Origin: Neoconidiobolus thromboides FSU 785
Lineage: Eukaryota > Fungi > Entomophthoromycota
Reading direction: 5' to 3'
NCBI GenBank assembly: GCA_025603075.1
Contig: MU626409.1
Span: 1 to 47,941, forward strand
Length of the DNA: 47,941 nt
The position numbers and the translations under genes are program-made. A model generated the notes under the pieces. The model did not search any database and was not told the DNA's origin. It worked only from the letters and a program-made list of their open reading frames with translations. This document shows positions 24,314 through 33,305 of the stretch, piece by piece; the first letter of the stretch is position 1, and the number at the start of each line of letters is the position of its first letter.

Positions 24314-24929
24314 TTAAGTTTTTAAAGGAAGATTTATAAGATATAAGATTGATTGTATTATTAAAATAAATATATTATTATTATTATTATTGATAATTTT
24401 TAATAATGTTATATCAAAGATATAGTAATGGCATTCTTAATTCTATAATTATATTATAGAGTATAATACTTAATATTATTTTAAATTTAACAAATATTAA
24501 AAGGTATTAAATTATATAATTCAATGTCTGATAATAATATTTTAGAAAAAAAAAAATCAAAAGTTCATTGTATTTTGATTCTTAGATACAATGCTAACAA
24601 AAGTTGTATTAAAAATTGAAAGACTAAACTTTAGATACTTATTGCTTAATGAACAATAATTAAAAAACATTCTTTTTTCTCCTTTAATAATATCATATTA
24701 ATATATATATAAGGTGCCAATTTTACAAGTTTTATATACAATTAGTTATCTTATAATAGCATTATTTAAAATTCATATTTATATTATATTATGTTATTAA
24801 ATAGAATTCAAAGAAAAGACATTATTATTATTATTGTTATTATTATTCATTAAGCAATAAATATCTAAATTTAAACATATTAATTTTTAAAACAATTTTC
24901 ATTAGTACTGTATTTCGTTCAATAAGAAT

Positions 24930-25390
24930 TGTAAAATCTGGTACTTAGTGATTGAAATCAAAAACAGCTATTGCCTGGTTGGTTACACTATAAGTCCAAA
25001 GATCTCAGTTTATGTGACTAAGATAGACTTGGATTATGAAGAATAGCACGTAATAGGTTACAAGCTATATAAGACAAATAGAATAGACAATACTAATGTA
25101 AAATCTACGTAAAATACTATTAAGGAAACTTAATGGCTTTATTAAATGTTTGAGATATCAGGGAATAATTCAGTAAAAAAGCTTGGAACTACTATACTCT
25201 GAAATCTCTTTTATACCCTGAAAAGTACAAATATCAGAATAAGATAATATTTTTTAGGATGAAGCTAGAAATTCTCATAATAAATCAAACTAAGAACGTG
25301 GGATTGATTTTCTCTGAACTCGAGAACATAACAGCTTAGGCGATTACTATGCTATAATTAACTATGGGGCTGAAAAACCGATATTTCACA
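24930..25390 (+). mobile_element. Solo LTR (~461 bp) abutting the truncated 5' end of Sola copy 2
   Basis: TGTAAAATCTGG...ATATTTCACA, collinear with the other copies. Flanks AGAAT/TAGGA do not match, so there is no TSD. Confidence 0.85.
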
Positions 25391-25596
25391 TAGGAAATAA
25401 AAACCAACAAGTAGCATTATTATCAACTATAGCTTTAGTATATTTTTTGATGAATGTAAAAGTTTTGGGTTTAATAGAAATAGAAATCAATATGATTATT
25501 CAAAAAGAAGTAATAGTAGTAATAAAATGTCAACGTTACAACCTATTATTAAAAATACAAAAAAAATTAAAGATGACCAAATTGAAACTATTACAC

Positions 25597-25693
25597 GGAG
25601 ATGTATTTTTATGTTTAAAAGTTTTACTAATAAATTTTCTGCTCAAATAGCGCTTAAAAAAGGAAGAATAATGAAATCAAAAAAAACACTCTT
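25597..25693. mobile_element. Sola-family MITE inside the Sola transposase
   Basis: GGAGATGT...ACACTCTT. Absent from copy 1 at the homologous site (ETII-QHLLN). TSD degenerate. Confidence 0.85.
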
Positions 25694-25712
25694 ATAACAA
25701 TATTTACTAAAT

Positions 25713-25810
25713 GGGGCTGTTTTTTTTGGCTTCACCACTTTTTCATTTTTTAAGTGCTATTTGAGCGGAAAATTCGTTAGTAAAATCCTTAAACATAAAA
25801 ATACATCCTC
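25713..25810. mobile_element. Sola-family MITE inside the Sola transposase
   Basis: GGGGCTGT...ACATCCTC with AAAT TSD (25709-12 / 25811-14). Removal restores L-N-D-S as in copy 1. Confidence 0.9.
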
Positions 25811-26385
25811 AAATGATTCAACTATTTCATCAAGATTTAATAAAATAATGATAGTAAAGATTTGTCAAATAATATATATATTAAATAAAAGTAGAAGAAG
25901 GATATACAGTAAATATTTTAATGATTTAAAAGATAAAGCAGTAGCTAGGTCAACGTTTTTTAAATATATATTAAGTAATTTCAAAAATGCAGCAAGAAAA
26001 ACGGATCTATGTAATATGTGTCCAGCATACAGTTAGAAAAAAGTTATTCGAAAATAAAATAAATACAGCAATAAAAAACAAAGCAGAGATAAAAGAAATT
26101 TTCAATAAAGAAAAGTATACAAATTATATAAATTTTGTATTGATACTCAAAAAAACACATTTAATGAAACTGTTGAAAAATTAATTAATAAAAGTTGTAT
26201 AATGATTTTAGATTTTAAATGAAATATGGAAATAGGAACAAGACCAGATTCAATAAATCTAGATCATTATAATAAATAAGCTATATCAGTATTAGGCTTT
26301 GGTGTTTATATTTAAAAAATGATAAATAATAGGTAAAGTTTATTTTGATTATTTATCTGAAATATTAAATCATCATTCAACATAT

Positions 26386-26484
26386 GGGAGTGTTTTTTTT
26401 GACTTCATTATTTCTTCCATTTTTTAAGCACTATTTAAGCGGAAGATTTGTTAGTAAAACTCTTAAACACAAAAATACATCCCC
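26386..26484. mobile_element. Sola-family MITE inside the catalytic domain of the Sola transposase
   Basis: GGGAGTGT...ACATCCCC with ATAT TSD (26382-85 / 26485-88). Removal restores in-frame HHSTYEEDC. Confidence 0.9.
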
Positions 26485-27774
26485 ATATGAAGAAGATTGT
26501 TTAATCGATTTATTATCTAAAGAGCTTTTATTTAAAAAGTTTGCAAAAATTAATATATGGGCAGATACAGGATAACCATTTTAAATTTCAAGAATTTCTA
26601 CATTATATATTTAAATAGATTCCTAAAATAAATAGTAGTTTAAATATTGATCTTAATTTTTTTGCTGAGCATCATGGAAAAAGTATAGTTGATGGACATT
26701 TTGGAAATCTTTCAAAATGAAAAAGTAGTTCTGAAGCATTAGGTAAAATAGAGAAGATCAATCGATTAATTTCAAGATTTGAGACCTTTATTTATGAACA
26801 TAATGAAATTAATAACTCGACTATTAATAATGGGAAATCATATAATCTTTAAAAAGTATGAAAAAAACAGAAATATAAAAAAATAATAGAGATGCAAGGC
26901 ATTAAGGAGTATTTACACTTTATTAAACATAACAATAGACTATACTACTATCCAGTATCTGATAGATTAAAAAAAAGTGATATAATTTTCCTATTTTCTA
27001 TTTTCTATAGACTTTATAGCTTTAATTGGAATTAAAAGATCAATCTCAGCTTATTTTACGAAAATAAAAGAGGATTTAAAAATTTTGATATTTACTAAAC
27101 AAGTAAGTAGCTTGTTAAGTGATAGAAATAGACTATTAAATGTTAATACTACTTAAGTTATTAATAGTTAAGTTAATAAATAGCCAAAGATTAAGTAATT
27201 ATAATAATATGTAAAAACTATCATTATATTACTTGTACTATATAGGGATGATTAATTATAGTTTTGGGGCTAACTATTCCCTCCCATACAACTATTTATT
27301 AACTTATGAATATATTAATAATGTAGTTATAACATTAAAATAGTTTATTTATTTGATAAAAAATCTGCCATATTGGTTATAAAGCAGTCAATAATAAATA
27401 TTTCTCAATAAAGTTTCATAAGGATATGTATTTACTTACAGACTACGATTTTGATTAATATTAATATATATATTATATTAGCAAAAGCCTTGTCAATCTT
27501 GAAATTTTTATTAAATCTAGTAGAAATTCAGTTAATTTACAATATAAACTATAATAGAATAATTTAAAACTGTGTTGTGGGTACTTTTGCTTTTTAAGAA
27601 ATTTGTTTTTATAGAATTTTAGCCAGTTTTTAAAATACAAAATATTTAAAAATTAGATAAAAAAATGAAACTAATTCAGACATCTCTATATTACTTAACG
27701 TATATTGAACAAGGTCTTCGACTTTTAACTTATGAATAATTAAAAACAATAAAGATTTGTCTCAATAGTCATGA

Positions 27775-28339
27775 TTAACGCATTTGAGAAAAATGGTACC
27801 ACTTTGGGCTACTATAAGGATTATAAGTTTCATGTAAGCCTTGAGGAGCATTTGGATTTAAAGGAACAATAGCTCTATCCCTTTGTTCAATTATACGGAA
27901 TCTAGCTATTGCGTTTTTGTTTCTTTTAATGTAAGTATTTGTATCTTTGATGCTTTTCATAAAATGAATGTAACCCTAAAATAAATTTAATTAGGTGTTA
28001 ATTACAAAATAGATCATAAATTACATAAATCTCATGCACTAAAAGTAAAAGGATAACAACAGAGGTTAAAGCAGCATACGCTAACAGAGAATATCTTGCA
28101 AAAAAATAGAGGATAACACCTATAGCTATCGATATCATACTTAATAAAGCTATGAGTACAATTCGATAAGTGTAGGTTTTTTTTACGATTGAAGGTAACT
28201 GTGATTTATTTTTATCCGTTCCAAACAGCATTATTTCGGTGATGCTGTGTTGTATATTTAAATCAAATAAATAGTGTGATTTAATTTGAATATCTTCAAT
28301 ATAAGAATCTTTTGTCAATGTTGGTTGATTGAGGTCCAT
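27775..28339 (-). CDS. Hypothetical 2-TM membrane protein, 171 aa, two exons (28339-28025 and 27975-27775), 49-nt intron 27976-28024
   Basis: Intron GTAATT...CTAAT...TTTTAG in phase 0 joins the two ORF-track ORFs: ..VHEIY|GYIHFMKSIKD... Two hydrophobic helices at about aa 60-110. Confidence 0.65.
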
Positions 28340-29326
28340 TGCAATAACTGTTAATAAAGCTAAATTTTTATTTTAAATTGTTTCAAATCTTTTTTCAATA
28401 TATACTTTTTACCCCTAAAATCCATTTGTTCCTAAAAAAATAATGCAGATAATTACATCTATTGTGTTAGAACTAAATGTAGCTTATCATAATTATATAG
28501 TCTCAATTAATTTAGTTTGCTCTTGATATACGGTTCACTTGATTTGTTTTAATTAAAGATTATAGAACTTACAAACATTGTTTTAATATTGTTTATTATA
28601 ACTTTGAAAATTTAGAGTACATTTATAAACTATAGATTGGAAAATATAAATTAACTTGGTATAAGAATCTAAGCTATGTTGTGAAAAAGGAGCTAGTATA
28701 AGTTAAATAAAATTACATGAAATAACTATGTATGCATAAATAACTTTTTTAGAATTTAGAATTCGGAGAATTTGAGCATAGAACATTTGATTATTCGAAT
28801 AAGGATGAAAATAGAAAATATCAAAGAACTTAATGTTTGACTTAATGTTTGACTATGTATTTAGATATTATGTTCAGTTAATTTATTTGCAGAATACTTA
28901 ATCTACTGGTTTCTATCCTATGTTTGTGATTTAAAATAAAATAGCAATCTTTTGAATTAATTAAAAGTTTTTTAAAGTAACCACATCTGGTAGTAAAAAA
29001 TGTAATATTGGACTAGGGTATTACAGTACTCATAGAAAATTCTTTTTGATAAAATATCATTTTGTCCAAGTTAATGAAAACCCATATTTCTCTACTATTT
29101 AATTGTGCAAATACTAAGTTAGGACAATGTCCTTAAATTAAAACACTGTGCACTTTATATAGCATTTATATTTAAACTAGTAAAATTCTATTTTTTGTTC
29201 AATTACAAGGAATTTGATAATCACCTTTTTATTTTTTTAATGAAGGTGTTTGTCTGTGTTTCAGATTTTTTAAAATTTTGATGGAATTTAGAAATATATA
29301 AATATTAGTTCGATTTTTAAGAATAT

Positions 29327-29419
29327 GGGAGTGATTTTTGACTTCATTGTTTTTTCCATTTTTTAAGCGCTATTTAAGTGGAAAATTTGGTAGTAAAATT
29401 CTTAAACATAAACATCCCT
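29327..29419. mobile_element. Sola-family MITE (slightly deleted right end)
   Basis: ATAT-GGGAGTGA...AAGCGCTATTTAAGTGGAAA...ACATCCCT. Confidence 0.85.
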
Positions 29420-29940
29420 CTAAATAGAGTTAATTTTCAAATCTTCCAATCCTTATATCCCAAAAATCCAAGAGCAACGATAAAGACTACAATAATATAT
29501 AATACTATCAATGACTTAATGAAGAAATATAGGATGGTTTGTATGACTATGAATACGACGGTTAATAAGACGATAAGTAAAAATTGTTAGTATAAGTTCT
29601 TTTTATAATAAATGATAATATAGCTCGTCTTTGTCTTTATTGAATAGTATGCTTCAATTGTAGTATATTCAACAATGATAGCGCTTAAATATAGACAATA
29701 CTTAACTTGTCACAATTCTCGCTTGCTAAAGTCTAATTTTGATGAGCTAAGTCGTCAAGCAGTCCAATTAAGCAAAAATTTTGACCTGGTTAATCTTTTT
29801 CAAAAACTTTCTTTGGCATAAAATTGCTTACAATTTTCTATGCCCAAATAAATAATATCTGATCTGTCTTTGATTATTGCTTAATTAGCAATTTGTTCTA
29901 ATTTTGAGTTTAAAAATTTAAAAAGATAAAAGAGCCATAT

Positions 29941-30142
29941 GAGGATGTGTTTTTATGTTTATAAGAATTTACTAACAACCTTCCCATTCAAATAGCACTC
30001 AAAAAATGGAAAAACTCATAAAACCAAAAAAACATATGGGGATGTATTTTTGTGTTTAAGAATTTTACTAACAATCTTTCCACTCAATAGTGCTTAAAAA
30101 ATGGAAAAGTAATGAAATCGAAAAAAACATCCCCATATCCCT
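29941..30142. mobile_element. Sola-family MITE with a second MITE nested in its right TIR
   Basis: ATAT (29937-40)-GAGGATGT...AAAC-ATAT[inner MITE]ATAT-CCCT-ATAT (30143-46). Confidence 0.85.
30038..30134. mobile_element. Sola-family MITE (97 bp), nested, young-looking
   Basis: Intact GGGGATGT / ACATCCCC termini and ATAT TSD (30034-37 / 30135-38). Confidence 0.9.
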
Positions 30143-30280
30143 ATATATTTGAAATAAAAATAGAACACTATTAAAAAATTAATTAAAACTATAATTTAAT
30201 ACAATAATAAGTCTAATAACCTATATTAATTTAATTCGAAGTAATATCTTTATTCTAGAAAAGTTAATAATTACAATAGT

Positions 30281-30333
30281 AATACTAATAATACTAATAA
30301 TACTAATAATACTAATAATACTAATAATACTAA
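30281..30333. repeat. 9-bp minisatellite (AATACTAAT) x ~6
   Basis: Direct reading of the sequence. Confidence 0.9.
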
Positions 30334-30800
30334 ATAATATATCAATAGTATTTTATATAACAATTAATATTACTATTACTAATATTACCTTTTTTCTTTA
30401 GAAATAAGTCATTAGTCATTATTTTAAATAAATCTATTACAATTTCTATAATTTATTGCATTATGAATAGTTTATCTGTAATTAAAAATAATATTAAACT
30501 ATTTCTAAATAAAGTTTTCTATATTACAGAATAAATTATTATGATATTAAAAGACCCTCTAATAGAAACTTAGGCTTAAATTTCATTTTCAAATGAAAGC
30601 TTTTAAACACTTGGAACTTCATCTCCGTTAAATTTAATAAGCTTTTAGAATCAACTCTAAAAATCCGGATAAATGTTTCGATTTTAATACCGTCAAAGTC
30701 GTTACCAATTGGTGTTCATACTATTATTATCGCATTATATCTTAAGAATTATTTATACTATACTATAGTAAAAACGACTATTGGTGTAAGTTTTATAAAG

Positions 30801-30817
30801 TATAAATAGACTTGCAT
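30801..30817 (+). promoter_or_regulatory. TATA-box element conserved among lipase paralogs
   Basis: TATAAATAGACTTGCAT starting 54 bp before the ATG. Equivalents at 42617-42633 (-) TATAAATAGGTCTGCAT and 7441-7457 (-) TATAAATAAGACTGCAT, 50-52 bp before their ATGs. Confidence 0.65.
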
Positions 30818-30854
30818 TGTTAGGATATTATCAATTATCAATTTAAAGTAAAAA

Positions 30855-31934
30855 ATGGCATTAATAAAAAACGTTATCTTATTCACTTTAGCTTTTGGTA
30901 CTAATCTTTATAAATGTCAAAGTACTGTGATTGTTGAAGGCACTGATGAAACATTACCAATTAAACAAAACAATTTACATTCCATTTTAATCGGAGGAGA
31001 AAGCATTAACACACAACGAAACTTAGGTTTAATACAAGAAATGATTGTTGATACACAACCAGGTCAAAGCTTAATTCATGACTTGATATTATTAGAGAAA
31101 CGTGTACCAAGTAAAAAATTAATGAAGCCACGTAATGTCACTCATGCTTCTGTTGAGACACTTCATTCCAATTACAAATATGCTATGGTTTCTCAATGTA
31201 ACAAAGATGCCATTATCACTGGAAATTGTATTTGTTCCAAAACATTTCTATATGATTCTATTATTGAAGCTTCAAAAGAAGAACTTGTAGTTGTGATTGG
31301 TGTTGATCCAGCTATTAAAACTATAATTGTATCATATCGTGCAACTAAAACAATTAAAAACTGGATAGCTAATTTTGATTATACTCAAGTTAAATATCCT
31401 GATGCTGAAGGTAATGTTTTGGTTCATAGAGGCTTTTATAAAGCAACTGTTGCTACACAAGATAAATCAGAAAAAGCCGTACTTGCTTTAATTCAAAATC
31501 CAGAATATAAAGGTTATAAGCTTCAAATCACTGGCCTTTCTTTAGGTGCTGCTTTATCTACTCTTAGTTCTGTAAGATGGAATAAATTTTTGCAAGAAAA
31601 TAAGTTAAATAATTCAATGGAAGTATTTTCTTATGCAAGTCCAAGAGTTGGTAATGAAGAATTCGCACAGCTTGTTGCTAATGGTAATTATCCAGTTACT
31701 CGCTACTCAAATTTGAATGATGTAGTAGTTCATCTTCCACCAAGAAGTTTTAATTATGTTCATGTAGCAGCTGAAATTTATGAGCGTAGAGTATCTTTTG
31801 GAAAGACAGAATTCGTTAATTGTGATCAATCTTACGATGAAGATGCTACCTGTGGATTAAGCCAAACTGGTCTTTTGAGCTTTGCTCGTCATGTTTTTGT
31901 ATTCAATAAGCTTATTAAATTACCATATTGTTAA
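30855..31934 (+). CDS. Secreted class 3 lipase (Rhizomucor/Rhizopus-lipase-like), 359 aa
   Basis: Signal peptide, propeptide ending LEKR, lid SYRATKTIKNWIANF, VHRGF, TGLSLGAA nucleophile elbow, YASPRVGN, NDVVVHLPP (Asp), RHVF (His), terminal Cys. Confidence 0.95.
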   Translation: MALIKNVILFTLAFGTNLYKCQSTVIVEGTDETLPIKQNNLHSILIGGESINTQRNLGLIQEMIVDTQPGQSLIHDLILLEKRVPSKKLMKPRNVTHASVETLHSNYKYAMVSQCNKDAIITGNCICSKTFLYDSIIEASKEELVVVIGVDPAIKTIIVSYRATKTIKNWIANFDYTQVKYPDAEGNVLVHRGFYKATVATQDKSEKAVLALIQNPEYKGYKLQITGLSLGAALSTLSSVRWNKFLQENKLNNSMEVFSYASPRVGNEEFAQLVANGNYPVTRYSNLNDVVVHLPPRSFNYVHVAAEIYERRVSFGKTEFVNCDQSYDEDATCGLSQTGLLSFARHVFVFNKLIKLPYC

Positions 31935-32717
31935 TTTTAATTAAAATTCGTTAATAGAAGTTTTGATTTTATTTATTGTGCTATTTTATTAGTTATTTGA
32001 TTTGACACTTGATTAGTCTTTATAAATTTAAATTATTATGAATATAATAATTTTAAGTTGATTACAAAAATTAAGAAATAGTTATTATTTATAAAAATTT
32101 ACACATAAAAACAATTCAGTATGAATATATTATAGTTAATGAAAAATTAGCTTTATTGAAAAAAATATCAATATTGGTAAAAATATTTGTTAATTTTGAA
32201 TTTACTGATCTAAAATTTTAAACTTAGAACAATTAGCTTCAAATAATTACTTCATGGAACATTTTTTATCCATCAAAAGTATTTGCCCAAAATTAATTTA
32301 CTTAATTTTATTGAAATTTGAGATTCTTTTTACGAAAATCTAATTATTATTTTATCATATTTTTAGTTTAAAAAATATACTGAAATATTTAATGATTATC
32401 TCACTATATTTTCTTGCTTTAATAACAAAAGTTTAGTTTTCAAAATTTGAATAAAACTAATTTAGAGTTGAAACTAAGCTATCTTTTCGTACATAATTAT
32501 TAAAGCTACATTTCAAGTATTAATTTTGAATTTAAGTTATTCCGAATGATGTAGGTCTATTCTAGATTAAAAATAGCTTCTATCTATTTATAGATCCAAA
32601 CATTTATCATCAGCAAATCAATTTAATGCCAAGAGTTGCGAATTCAACTATCTCAAATTTCTCTCAAATTTTTCTCAAATTTCCTTAAGATTCATTTCTT
32701 ATTTATCTATAAAAAAG

Positions 32718-33305
32718 ATGAATAATTCTTATAATAATGACGAATTCTTACCTCCTTATTCCTTAACTGATCCTAATCCTGGACGCTTAGATGATTTCTT
32801 TATTGAATCATTGACTTCAGTTACCCCTCCACCATTGCCTCCAAGATCAGCTAGAGGAGCAGATAATTTACCAAGACTACCAGTTAGGAGGAATCAAAAC
32901 TATAGATACATCTATTCACAACAAAGTATTCCTAGTTGTGATGAAGGGCAAACTATTCAAGTATCAGAAACATTACCAGACTTATCTTCAGGATCCAATG
33001 GAGGATTACAAAATCAATCAAATCAATTAATCAGTGGAGGATTATTTACTTCTATCTATGAAACAACTTCCAAATCGATATTGGAAGCGAAAGAAAATTG
33101 TATAGCAAATTTAATAGAATCTAAAAAAAACATTGAAACGGATATTTTAAAAATGGTAAAAACATTGAAGCTACCAATAGGGCCTTTTGAAGGAAAAAGG
33201 GATGGGCAGACGACTAAGTCGTTTAGTTTTAAAGCATATAATAAAACTAGAAGACGTAAAAAGTGGGCTAACAGATGGAATGAAGTTACTGGAAACGGGG
33301 TATGA
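32718..33305 (+). CDS. Orphan proline-rich protein with LPPY and PPPLPPR motifs (195 aa)
   Basis: GC-enriched ORF with good start context. No recognisable domain. The 3' end could be frameshifted (see rejected list). Confidence 0.6.
   Translation: MNNSYNNDEFLPPYSLTDPNPGRLDDFFIESLTSVTPPPLPPRSARGADNLPRLPVRRNQNYRYIYSQQSIPSCDEGQTIQVSETLPDLSSGSNGGLQNQSNQLISGGLFTSIYETTSKSILEAKENCIANLIESKKNIETDILKMVKTLKLPIGPFEGKRDGQTTKSFSFKAYNKTRRRKKWANRWNEVTGNGV

Larger units (their letters stand above)
25391..27687 (+). mobile_element. Sola-type DNA transposon, copy 2; 5'-truncated, transposase pseudogene with all three catalytic Asp motifs
   Basis: GNKNQQVALL...TDLCNMC...MILDFK*N (D at 26211) ...IWADTG (D at 26564) ...FFAEHHGKSIVDGHFG (D at 26691). 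3' TIR GAAACTAATTCAGACATCTCT followed by ATAT (27688-91). Inverted homolog of 2248-4420. DF.EN / HGK...DG motifs resemble Sola2 transposases (recalled, not searched). Confidence 0.8.

Noticed and set aside
20951-25693. GH81 captured in a composite transposon bounded by MITEs
   Set aside because: The flanking MITEs have their own separate TSDs, and the MITE near the GH81 pseudogene is in the opposite relative orientation and at a different distance.
2248-27687. Classical RIP as the cause of TE decay
   Set aside because: The clearest tracked changes are at CpG (to TG/CA), not the CpA context of ascomycete RIP, and multi-copy host genes (lipases) remain intact.
19047-30142. Repeated ~99-bp units read as a CRISPR-like or regularly spaced repeat array
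   Set aside because: They are dispersed, in both orientations, with TIRs and individual 4-bp TSDs, so they are MITEs. The context is eukaryotic and there are no cas genes.
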